From the NCBI GenBank assembly GCA_964016885.1, contig OZ024754.1, forward strand, positions 18,786,001 to 18,850,000: a stretch of DNA of 64,000 nt. Direction: 5' to 3'. Under the pieces are notes generated by a model. It was not told the DNA's origin. It did no database searches and was given only the letters and a program-made list of their open reading frames with translations. Origin of the DNA: Eledone cirrhosa (lineage: Eukaryota). A program made the position numbers and the translations under genes. Of this stretch, positions 37,437-48,730 are shown piece after piece. Each line of letters begins with the position of its first letter. Within the stretch, counting starts at the first letter, position 1.

Positions 37437-37490
37437 ACATATAGCTTTTTCTAATATGTACCGATTCTCTTCGACTAGTTTCGTAAACCT

Positions 37491-37541
<51 letters not shown>

Positions 37542-37760
37542 TATATATACATATATATATAAATATATAAATATATATATATAAAGAGAAAGAGAGGGGG
37601 GAGAGAGTGGCAGAATGGGGAAATTCCAGGGTGGATTATAAAAATATATAACTGCTTTATTTTCTGTTTTGTTTACTGAGAGTAATTTAGGTGACTAATT
37701 GGATAGTTCGACATGTAGTGCAGCAGAAGAGAATATAAAAGTAAAAAATAAAAATACAAT

Positions 37761-37810
37761 GAACTGTACTGATGAAGGGTAATACCCAGAAACATTTGTG
37801 TCTGCAGTTC
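37761..37810 (+). ncRNA. Type I hammerhead ribozyme
   Basis: GAACTGTA-CTGATGA-A-GGGT(AAT)ACCC-A-GAAACA(TTTG)TGTC^TGCAGTTC; 8-bp stem I (one G-U), GUC triplet, predicted cut after 37802. Confidence 0.85.
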
Positions 37811-37935
37811 TGTTTACATGCCAACACAAGAGCCAGGATGAGGGTCTTATTCTTCTGACATGGCTTTAAAAAAGAGGCTGTTTGCATAATTGCAAACGAA
37901 TCGAATATTATTATTAATATTCGAAAAACTCAGAT

Positions 37936-38005
<70 letters not shown>

Positions 38006-38118
38006 GTTGAGAAGGTAACACACCAGAGAGAGAGATATAGTGCGTTATCATGATATATATATATATATATATATATATTGAAAGATAGATAGATAGGTAG
38101 ATAGATAGGTGGATATCA

Positions 38119-38207
<89 letters not shown>

Positions 38208-38511
38208 TATATCAATCGATAGATAGACAGATAGAGAGATAGATGGATAGAGAAAAGCAATAGCTAAGGCGAGGATGCAAGGGAGGGAGGGAGACGGGAA
38301 GAGACAAAGGAAGAGAGAGAGGAAACAGATAGATAGATAGGTAGAGAGAGAGAGAGAGAGAGAGAACAAGGCATATTTGTAATTAACTAACTTGCTTAAA
38401 TGTCAATGTTCCGGAAGTTGGGAACTGGCTTTCATTTTTGTTTCCGTGACGAGTTGATGTCTCAACTTAAAAGTTGGGAAATTACTCAAATAACAAAGGT
38501 GTTGTGTTAGA

Positions 38512-38550
<39 letters not shown>

Positions 38551-38551
38551 T

Positions 38552-38625
38552 ATTTCTTTATTTGCCACAAGGGCGCACAAGAAAAGGGGACAATACAGGA
38601 CATATGCCAGTAATTTTACATACAA
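38552..38625 (-). mobile_element. Very short 3' stub of a GATA-lineage Tx1 element
   Basis: Reverse complement TGTCCCCTTTTCTTGTGCGCCCTTGTGGCAAATAAAGAAATA followed by (TATC)n; matches 46740-46771. Confidence 0.8.
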
Positions 38626-38910
38626 TCGTGTGACATTCAATTCAACGCTCCCATTTCCACTTATGGCGGGAAGCGCTTCAATGTTATCAGTCATAGTTAT
38701 AAAAACAATATGTTAAAACTTTTCTGAAAATTAAATTTTCGCCCCTGAGGGGCGAAAATTTCAATGACCCACCCGCTCACAATTTAGTCGGAGGGTCAAT
38801 CTATACAGTAGTATATTTTTTTAAACAAAAATTGTTTTTTATAAGTAAAAAGACAAAGACTTACCAGCGCGACTGGTACACAGCTTCCTCTATCTCAGAC
38901 ATATAGATAA

Positions 38911-41900
38911 CTTTCTTTTTATTTGCCACCAGGGCATCAAAAAGTGGGACAAGTACAATGGGGGGAGTTTACATAAAAAGGCGTCCTCAATAAGGAGGAG
39001 GCAATAACAAAATATAAAAATAATATATAAAATATAACAAAAATAAATTTAATAACAAAATCCTCAATAGGGAGGAGGCGCCTTGGGGGGTCGCACACCC
39101 CCCCGAAAAAAGTGTGCAATCCTTCTCCCCAGGAGCACAGAGAGGGGGTGCTCCCTTGATCTTTCATCTTCCTCACCTATAGTCTGATGTAGAGTGAAGG
39201 CCCATTCACACGGGCCATTCTCGCCACTTTCACGCATCTTTCATAAAAACGGCTGGGGTGCAGCACCTCTCTCTCCATCCTGATCCTTCTTCCGAAATGA
39301 TATCGGAAGAAACGGACCAGTTGTTGGCCAGAGAGAAAGGTGTCTGACCTCAGTCCTTTCAGACGCGTCCACCATAAACCTTTTTCGCCATGGCTATTAC
39401 GCACAGAAACACCGCCTCTTCTTCGTTTTTGAAGAGGGGAGGCGGCTTGATCGTTACAATAGACTCGGTGGTCAACCGGATCGGTCCCAGCCTTGACAGC
39501 AGTTGTTCGACATAGCCCCACAGATCGGCAATGCCCGAGCAGTGTACCAATGCATGTGCAACGGTTTCCTCGTCGCACACGCATCTAGGACAGAATTTTT
39601 TCGAGAGGTCCCTACCTGGGCGTCCGTGTCTGTAGAGCCTTTCTCGAACGGGCAGAGCCCCTCGGTAGCACTGCCAGGCCAGGGACCTCTGGAAGTTATA
39701 CATGGGTCCTGGGCTGAATGTCCTTCCGAACAGGTTGGCCAGTTCGTCTTCCTCCATGCCTAGGGCTTCTCCGAAGGCGTCGTCGCACCTGCTAACCACC
39801 AGCCCTCTATAGAATGACGAGGTGGATTCTCCACTGACAGCCGGGTCCGCCTGCCAGAGAGCCGTGAGCGCTTGGGCACACTCGGTGTGCCAGGCGCCCC
39901 TTTCTCGGTCTTTGCTTGACCCAGGATTGCAGCTCGGTGAGCGAAACGAGTCTGGGAAAGGCTCGCCTCACAAACGGGGCCCACACCGGTTGACCGGTGA
40001 GGAATACCTGGAGGTGCCGTAGCCTTAATGCGTGTTTACGCATCATCAGCCACGGCATCCCCAGCCCTCCTTTCGAAGGGTGTTGACAGCAGATGGATCT
40101 CCTCACCATAGGAGCCCGCTTCTTCCAAAGGAATTGGAAGAGTGCGCGCTCCATTTTGGCGAGCGTTTCCCTTGGGCAAGGCACGACGGTCATACGGTAG
40201 TAGATGACGGACGCTATATAAGTGTTCGCCACCTCCGCCCGACCTTTCAGGGACAGTTTGCACTCGGCCCACTTCTGGGTCAGTGCAAACACCAGGGCCG
40301 TTCTCGACGCTAGCACTCTGGCCACGTCGCCGCTTCTAATTGCCTCTTCTACACTATCTACCAACTCCCTTTCCTTCCTATTCCTATTTGAGACTAACTC
40401 CTTACTAAATTCTATCGGGACTACTTTAATCTCTCTTTTGAGAGATCCCCACCACCTGCTGTTGACGATGGCGCCCGTCAACCGCTCCTTAACTAAAGTG
40501 CTAATACGGTCCCTGTAAGCCTTACTTGCCGGTAAGGACAAGTTGAGCTTCCAGTTACCGGGTCCCTGTCTATGCGTTCTGTCAAGGTTGACCATGCAGG
40601 TCACTAACTTGTGGTCTGAATAGCCAACCATGCGCATTTTTGGACAACTTAAAAAGTCCTTATCCTTATTTCTAACTAAGAACCTATCTAAGTACGACTT
40701 AGATGATCCGATGCGGTTTGCCCAAGTCCAGGTTGGCGCAGTCGGAAAATCTAGTCGATATCTATCGGCCAGGTCAAATCGACCGATTAACCCTTTGAGG
40801 CTATTACACCCCTCTCTATCGGGACAGGCCCCTACGTAGTCCCAACGTGCATCTAGGATACCATTCCAGTCCCCCACTAATAGCAAGGAGCGGGACGTCC
40901 CTAGAAAAGTCTCCAGACGATGGAAGAAGTCCGGCCGCATTGACCCGAAAGGGCCGTAGACGGCTACCAACCTAAACGCTCCGCCTTAACCACTGCCAAG
41001 GTCCAGAACCACTAGTCGACCCTCCGGGTCCAAATGTACTGTCTGTGTTGCGAGACCCAGATGTTTTTGCAGCAGAACGACAACCCCACCCCCACCTCCA
41101 GACTGACAAAGGTGGGGGCCAGCTGTCGCACGTTGCTGATCCGGGCCTCACAAATAACCATCACATCTATACGTTGTGACCTGAGGTCATTGAGAAGCAT
41201 TGCTTGCTTCCAAGTTGAGCCCAGGCCACGCGCATTTAGACAGCCTACTCTTAGCATAGCCATGTTGGTAGTGAAGAGAAAAGGGACTTACCTCTCTGGG
41301 TGGGGTGGTGGTTTGTGGAAGTGTGGGGGCATCAGTGTGTTGTGTGGTTGGGGTGTTTGGAGTTGTGTGGGTGTTTGTGGAGGGGGTGGGGAAGTTTTTT
41401 AGGAGGACGCGGTTAATGGGTCCGACGCAGGGGACACACACACACACACACACACACACGTCCTCTTTAAAGTTGTTTTTTAGTGTTTTATATGTGTCCT
41501 CTGGGGCCTTAATCATTTTGAGGTGGGGGAAATCCCTTGCCTGGGTGAAGTTAGGCCCTTGGGTTTTTACTAAATTGTTGTTGTACACAATGTTTAGCAG
41601 TTTTTTGTTTCTTGTGTTTATGTATGTGTATGCATGTTTTTGTTTTTGTGTGGTGTTTTTTGTTTGCTGTTGTTGTGTGCTCTTTTGTGTTGGTGTCTCT
41701 GTTATGTTTTGGGGAGGGGTTGTTTTCATTTGTGTGTCTGAGGTGTGTTTTCTTTTTTTTCTTTTGATTGTGTGGAAGTGCTCCTCCTCGTCTGACGACG
41801 AACGAGGGTCTTCTCCCACGTTGGAGGGCAGGGGTAGATTTTCGGGTTGTGTTTGCGGTGCGGGTGTTTTGGAATTTGTTTTTTTTTTGAGTGGGGGGAT

Positions 41901-43246
41901 GGGTTGGACAGTGTTTTGTTTTGGCTTGAGCTGTGGTTGTTGTTTTTGTATGGTGGTTGTGGTGATCGTGTTGGTTGTGCAGTTGTTGGTGGTGTAGGCA
42001 GGATTGGGGTTTTCTTTTTAAGTTGAGGACAGACAGCCCTCAGGTGACCTCTGGCTCCACAGAGGTAACACGAGGGCCGCCTACCCTCAACGGTAATGTT
42101 GATAAAAGTTTGATCATCCAGTATGACGCATTCAGGGATCTGGGCGATCCTTTCGGGCCTCATTTGAACTACAAGTTCGAGGCCCGTTCCACTGAACGCG
42201 TCACCCGATGCCTTTCCAATGGATATTAGTGTGTCATCGTCTAGGTTCAGGAAACCTGTCAATACCCACCATATGTCCATAATCGGAAGGATGGTGTGAA
42301 TTTTTATTTTTTGTGTCCTTCTACCCATGTACGTAGGGTAGAAGGTGTATGCGGTGGATGTGATTGGTTTTATTGACAGTTTCACTGCTGTGTCCCTGTC
42401 CTTCATGAGAATGGATAGACTCTCGTAGAGTCTATCCTTCTGAATGAATATGATGTCTTTCATGACATCTTTTAAAACCAGCTCTATCTCACTCTGTGAT
42501 GGTTGAGCTGGTTTTTTGATTTTGTTTGAGACTGTCCTAAACATGACAGTGTTTAGGAGTCTCTGGCTTTTTAGTTCCGGGGGTGGGGAGTGGATCGAAA
42601 ATGATCCATTTTCCCCGTACACTATGTATTTTTTGGCATCTGCCAGTAACTCCTTCGCTTTGGTTATATCTACTGGCAGATAGTCGAGGGTTTTCCTTGT
42701 CGTCTGGGCGAAGGAGACATTTTCCTTGTTTGTGTTGCTGTTGTAGTTGGTGGTGTTGTTGTTATCATTGTTGTTGTTATCACAGTTATTGGTCTTGTTG
42801 TTGTTGTTATTGTTATTGTTGTTGGTGTTGTTTTCGTTCGTAGCATTGTTGTTGTTGTTGCTGGTGCCGCTGGTTGTGTTGGTTTTGTTCATTGTTTCAC
42901 ACTTTTGGTTTGTTGCCATGGCAACGTCAAGTTGTCGGTCAGCAGGTGGAGAAAATCCTTCCTCTGGCTGACCTTTGTCTTTGACATCTGCTACTATGAC
43001 AGTGGAAGCGGGAAGTTGTAAGTATATCTTCCCCTTTCCTCCTTCGTATGTTGGTGAAGAAGTTTCATCCATTTTTTTAAAAATGTTAGCTTTTAAAAAA
43101 AAACTTCCTGTTAACTATTTCGCCTAAATGCGTAGAATATTTTGAGAGACTGACCAGATCAAAATTTGACCTGGCTGTCTCTCTACAAAATTGTACAAAA
43201 TGAAGGTTTACAGTCAAGAATTTCTATAGAAATTTAAGCCAGAGCT
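38911..43246 (-). mobile_element. GATA-lineage Tx1 copy 1: full ends, RT domain deleted
   Basis: ORF1 41726-43072 (CYLCGARGHLRAVC), ORF2 start 41263, APE fused directly to the post-RT region near 40290, 3'UTR with AATAAA; 5' end abuts (GATA)n at 43247-43272. Confidence 0.9.
41290..43072 (-). pseudogene. Tx1 ORF1 (best-preserved copy; 448-aa open segment)
   Basis: Asn-rich N-terminus, YPTYMGRR motif shared with the other ORF1s, CX2CX4HX4C knuckle; frameshifted tail 41187-41819. Confidence 0.85.
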
Positions 43247-43272
43247 ATAGATAGATAGATAGATAGATAGAT

Positions 43273-46200
43273 ATGCTTCTTTATTAGCCACAGGGGCACA
43301 AAAGAAGGGGACAAATACAAAGGGGGAAATTTACATACAATAAAAACGTGTAAATGCAATTTAAAAATTAGTCGATTTTCCCCAATAGGGGGAGACATTA
43401 CATATGGGTAACACATACACCCGAAAAAAATGTGCAACCCTCATCTCCAGGAGTACAAAGAGTTTGTACTCCTTTCCTCTCCTCCTCTTTTTCCTCAACC
43501 TACAGGCTGATATAGAGAGAAGGCCCATTCACTCGGGCCATTCTCGCCACTTTCACCCACCTTTCATAAAACTTGCTGGAGTACAGCACCTCTCTCTCCA
43601 TCCTGATTCTTCTTCCAAAGTGGTATTTGAAAAAAAGAATCAGTTGTTGGCCGGAGAGAAAGGTGTCTGACCTCAGCCCTTTCAACCTTATCCACCATAC
43701 AACCTCTTTCGCCATAGCTATCACACAAAGGAAAACTGCCTCTCCTTCGTTTTTGAAGGAGGGTGGCGGTTTGATCATGACACTGGACTCGGTGGTCAAC
43801 CGGATTGGTCCCACCCGCGACATAGCCCCACAGGTCGGTGACGCCCGGGCAGTGTATGAATGCGTGCACGACGGTTTCTTCGTCTCGCTCGCACCTCGGA
43901 CAGATCTTTTTTGCAGGGTTCCTGCCCGGGCGCCCATGACTGTAGAGCTTGTCTCGAATTAGTAGAGCTCCTCGGTAGCACTACCAGGCCAGGGACTTTT
44001 GGAAGTTGTCCATCGGTCCCGGGCGGAGGGTCCTACCGAACAGACTGGCCAGTTCGTCTTCCTCTACGCCTATAGTTCCACCGAGCGCGTCGTCGCACTT
44101 GCTGCGGATCAACCCTCTATAGAATGACGAAGTGGAGTCTCCACTGACGCCGGGTCCGCCTGCTGTGAGCGCCTGAGCACATTCGATGTGCCAGTCGCCC
44201 ATTTTCCTCGGTCTTTGCTTGACCCAGGACTGCAGCTCGGTCAGCGAGACGAGTTGTGGGAAGGCTCGCCTCACGAACGGGGCCCACACCGGTTGTCCGG
44301 TGAGGAATACGTAGAGATGCCGCAGCCTGAGCGCGTGTTTGCGCATCGTCAGCCACGGCATCCCCAGCCCGCCGTTGGAAGGGTGTTGGCAGCAGATGGA
44401 TCTTCTCACCAAAGGAGCTCGCCTCTTCCAAAGGAATTGGAAGAGCGCGCGTTCCATTTTGGTGAGCGTTTTGGCTGGACAAGGCACGACGGTCAAGCGG
44501 TAGTAGATGGCGAACGCTGTAAAAGTGTTCGCCACATCCGCTGGACCTTTCAAGGATAGTTTGCACTCGGCCCACTTCTGGGTGAGTGCAAACACCTTCG
44601 CCGTCACCTCGTTCCAGTTCTTCTCCACCTGGAGGTCCGGACCAAACCAGACCCCGAGCAGCTTTACCGATCCTTCCGTCCAGCGTCCGACGACGCCATC
44701 GGAAGGCATCAGTTTGCCTCTCCACGATCCGAGTTGCAAACCGATGGACTTGTCCCGGTTCAGCTTCGCTCCTGTGAACCTTTCGTATTCCTTCAGTAAG
44801 GTGTCGACTTCCTCGATTTGCGAGGCGCTCGACACATGTACTGCCACGTCGTCGGCATAGGCCGACGCCGCTTTCCGCAGTCCCGGTTCCAGACGGATGC
44901 CCATCTTCCGCAGTAGTGGCTCGAGAGTCAGTACGTACAGAAGGGAGGAGAGAGGGCATCCCTGTCGAATGGGTCGCGTGATATGGAACGGCTCCGAGAG
45001 GTAGCCGTTCACCTTGAACCTTGAGCAGATGTTGCTGTTATGCATTGCAGCAATCCAGCCCCTGAACACGGGTCCGAAGTCTGCCGCCTCGAGCACCGCA
45101 TCCAGGTAACGATGGTGAACCGTATCGAAAGCCTTAGACTGATCCAAGTTGATCAGGGCCCCACTGAAGCCGGGTTTACACCCTACGCTCTGTATGATGT
45201 ATCGCATGAGGTGGAGGTTGTCGTGTATGGATCTGGTCGGGATTGCGCATGTCTGCGCTTCTCCCACCAGGTTCTCGACGACATGCGCCAGCCTCTTTGC
45301 CAACACCTTGGCCAAAATCTGTAACTCTGTGTTTAGCAGAGTTATGGGCCGGAAGTTACCTATGTCACCCCCCTTATTCTCATCCTTCCTGACTAGTGTG
45401 ACTACGCCCCCGGTCACAGAACTGGGAATTCTCCCGTCCTGTTGCTAGTTGCAGTAGACCGCTTCCAGGAGACCGGAGAATAAGTCCGGCATTGCTACGT
45501 AAAATTCGTAGGGTAGACCGTCGAGACCTGCAGATTTGCGTTTGCCGCATTGGCTCAGCGAGTCCCCTATCTCAGGCTGAAACCGGCTTTTCACAGAACT
45601 TTGCCTCGCTGTCCGAGAGTCACTGTAGGCCGTCGAGGTATGGACCGAAATCCATAGCCCCTCCCGGGGCGCCGCCCTGCCCGAACATCTGAGCAAAGTG
45701 CCGCTGAAAGGCCGCACACATCTGCTTCGGCTCACATATCACGCGTCCGTTTTGGTCCTTCAAAGACCGAATCGTGGACTTGTTGCCACTTTTTGCCTCC
45801 GTCACTCGGGCCCAGCTAACAGCTTTGGCTCCCTCGTTTCCCAGAGCACGTATTCTGCTTCTGACAACGCAGCCCTCGTGCTTTGCGTCGAAGAACTGGT
45901 CCAAGACCGTTCTCGTTGCTTGCACGCTGGCTACGTTGCCACTTCTAATTGCCTCTTCTACTTTATCTACCAGTTCCTTCTCGGTTCTATTTCTATCTAA
46001 CGCTAATTCTTTACTAAAAATTAACGAGTCTAATCTAACTTCCTTCTTGAGAGAGTAGCACCATCTGTTGTTGACAATGGCCCCTGTCAAGTGCTGTTTA
46101 ATTAAAGTGATAAGCACACTACTGTAGGCTTTGCATGTCGGTAACGACAAGTTCAGCTTCCAGTAGCCGGGTCCTTGTCTATGGGTTCTATCAAAGTTGA

Positions 46201-46739
46201 CCATGCAGGTCACTAGTTTGTGATCTGAATAGGCAACCATGAACATTTGTGAACAGCTTAACATGTCCCTATCCTTATTTCTAACTAGAACCCTATCTAG
46301 GTACGATCTAGATGTTCTGCTGCGATTATTCCACGTCCACTGGTGCAGTCGGAAAATCTAGTCGATATCTATCGGCCAGGTCAAATCGGCCGATTAACTG
46401 TTTGAGGCTGTTACACCCCCCTTTATCGGGACATGCTCCCACATAGTCCCAACATGCATCTAGGATTCTTTTCCAGTCCCCCACTAAAAGCAAGGAGCGG
46501 GACGTTCTCAGAAAAGTCTCGAGACGTTTGAAGAAGTCTGGCCGCGGTGTCTCGGATGGGGCATATGCGGCCACCAGCCTGAACGCTCCACCTTCACTAC
46601 CGTCAACGTCTAGGACCACCAGACTACCCTCCGGGTCCAGATGTACCGTCCGTGTTACGAGGCCCAGGTGTTTCCGCAGCAAAACGGCAACCCCGCCCCC
46701 ACCCCCGGTCGACAGAGAGATGTGTAGATCTCAAAGTCA
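43273..46739 (-). mobile_element. GATA-lineage Tx1 copy 2, 5'-truncated in APE
   Basis: ORF2 pieces 46326-46682, 45620-46264, 43981-45417 (RT, AYADD), 43500-43937; 3' end GCCCCTGTGGCTAATAAAGAAGCA followed by (TATC)n. Confidence 0.92.
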
Positions 46740-48730
46740 TAGCCACAAGGGCGCACAAGAAAAGGGGACAAAACCAAGACATGTCGGGGATTTTACATAC
46801 AACCGTGAAAAAATATAAAACAAACAATTATAACAATCGAAATCCCCAATAGGGGGGAGGCGCCACAAATGGGTTTAATACGCCGTCGATAGAACAACCC
46901 CCAACTTCAGGAGCGTGTTGTGCAAGTGCTCCTTTCTTCCTTTTGCTCTCTTCTTTAACCTACAGGCTTATAAACAGAGAAGGCCCAATCAGTCGGGCCA
47001 TTTTTGCCACATTCACCTACCTTTCAGTAAATTTACTGGGGTGCAGTACCTCTCTCTCCACCCTGATTCTCTTTTTAAAGTGGTACCTAAAGAAGGGAAT
47101 GAGTTGTCCTCTCAATCTCGTCCACAAAACCGCCTCTCTTTCGTTTTTGAAAGAAGTTGCGCTTTGATCCTTACTATTGACACGGCAGTCAACTGGATTT
47201 GTCCCATACGCGACAGCAGTTGTTCTGCGTAGTTCCACAGGTCGGTTACGCCCGGGCAGTGTACAATTGCGTGCAGGACGGTTTCAATGTCGGTGAGGAA
47301 TACCTGGAGATGCCGTAGCCTCAGCGCGTGTTTGCGCATCATCAGCCACGGCATTCCCAGCCCTCCGTTGGAAGGGTGCTGACAGCAGACGGATTTCCTC
47401 ACCAGTGGAGCCTGCTTCTTCCAAAGGAACTGGAAGAGCATGCGTTCCATCTTGGTGAGGTATTCACGGGGACAAGGCACGACGGTCAAGCGGTAGTAGA
47501 TGACGGATGCTATGAAAGTGTTCGCCACATCCGCTCGACCTTTCAAGGAGAGTTTGCACTCTGCCCACTTCTGGGTGAGCGCACATACTTTAGCCATGAC
47601 CTCGTTCCAGTTTTTCCTTACCTGGAGGTCCGGACCGAACCAGACCCCGAGCAATTTCACCGGTCCTTCCATCCAGCGTCCGACGACGCATCGGTTTGCC
47701 TCTCCACGTTCCGAGTTGCAAACCGACAGATTTGTCCGGGTTCAGTTTTTCTCCTGTGAGCCTTTCGTATTCCTGCAGTAAGTTGCCGATCACCCCGATT
47801 TCCGAGGTTTTCGACACCATCACTGTCACATCGTCAGCATGAGCCGACGTCGCTTTCCGCAGTCCCGGTTCCAACGGGATGCCCTGCAAAAGCTCCAGTT
47901 TCCGCAGTAGTGGCTCTAGAGTCAATATGTACAGAGGGCATCCCTGTCGAACGGCTCCGACAGGTAGCCGTTCACCTTGACCGTCGAGCAGATGTTGGTG
48001 TGCATTGATGTTATCCACCCTCTGAATACGGGTCCGAAACCGGCCGCCTTGAGAACCGCTTCCAAGTATCGATGGTCGAACGCCTTAGACTGATCTAAAT
48101 TGATCAGAGCCCCTCCGAAGCCGGGTTTACACCCCGCCTTCTCTATGATGTATCGCATGAGGTGGAGGTTGTCGTGTATGGACCTGGTTGGAATTGCACA
48201 CGTTTGAGCTTTTCCCACCAGGTTCTCGACGACAAGCGCCAGTCTCGTTGCTAACATCTTGGCCAAAATCTTTAACTCTGTGTTTAGGAGAGTTATGGGC
48301 CTGAAGTTACTTATTTCATCCCCCTTGTTCTCGTCTTTCCTGATCAGCGTTACTACGCCCATGCATACAGAACTGGGAATTCTCCCGTTCTGTTGCCAGT
48401 TGCAGTAGACGGCTTCAAGGACGCCAGATTGCAAGTCGGGCATGCCTATGTAAAATTCATAGGGTAGACCATCTAGACTGGGTGATTTGCGTTTCCCGCA
48501 GCTGCCCAGAGCGTCCCATATCTCAGTGGCTGTGATAGGCCTTTCACAAAATTCGGCCTCCATGCTCAAGAGACGCGGCAGGCCGTCGAGGTATGAACTG
48601 AAGTCCATTGCTTCGAACAGTTGCGCAAAGTGCTGCTGAAAGGCCGTGCACATCTGCTTGGAGTCAAGTAGCACGTGTCCGTTTTGGTCTTTCAAAGACC
48701 GAATCGTAGACTTGTTGCCACTTTTCGCCT
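46740..48730 (-). mobile_element. GATA-lineage Tx1 copy 3, partial with internal deletions
   Basis: ORF2 pieces 47922-48749, 47590-48018 (HADD), 47112-47672 (LTD|IETVLH deletion join); 3'UTR 46740-46960. Confidence 0.88.

Noticed and set aside
44117-45448. Alternative-frame and antisense ORFs over Tx1 ORF2, recurring in several copies
   Set aside because: They are by-products of GC-rich coding sequence, and lengths and stops are not conserved between copies.
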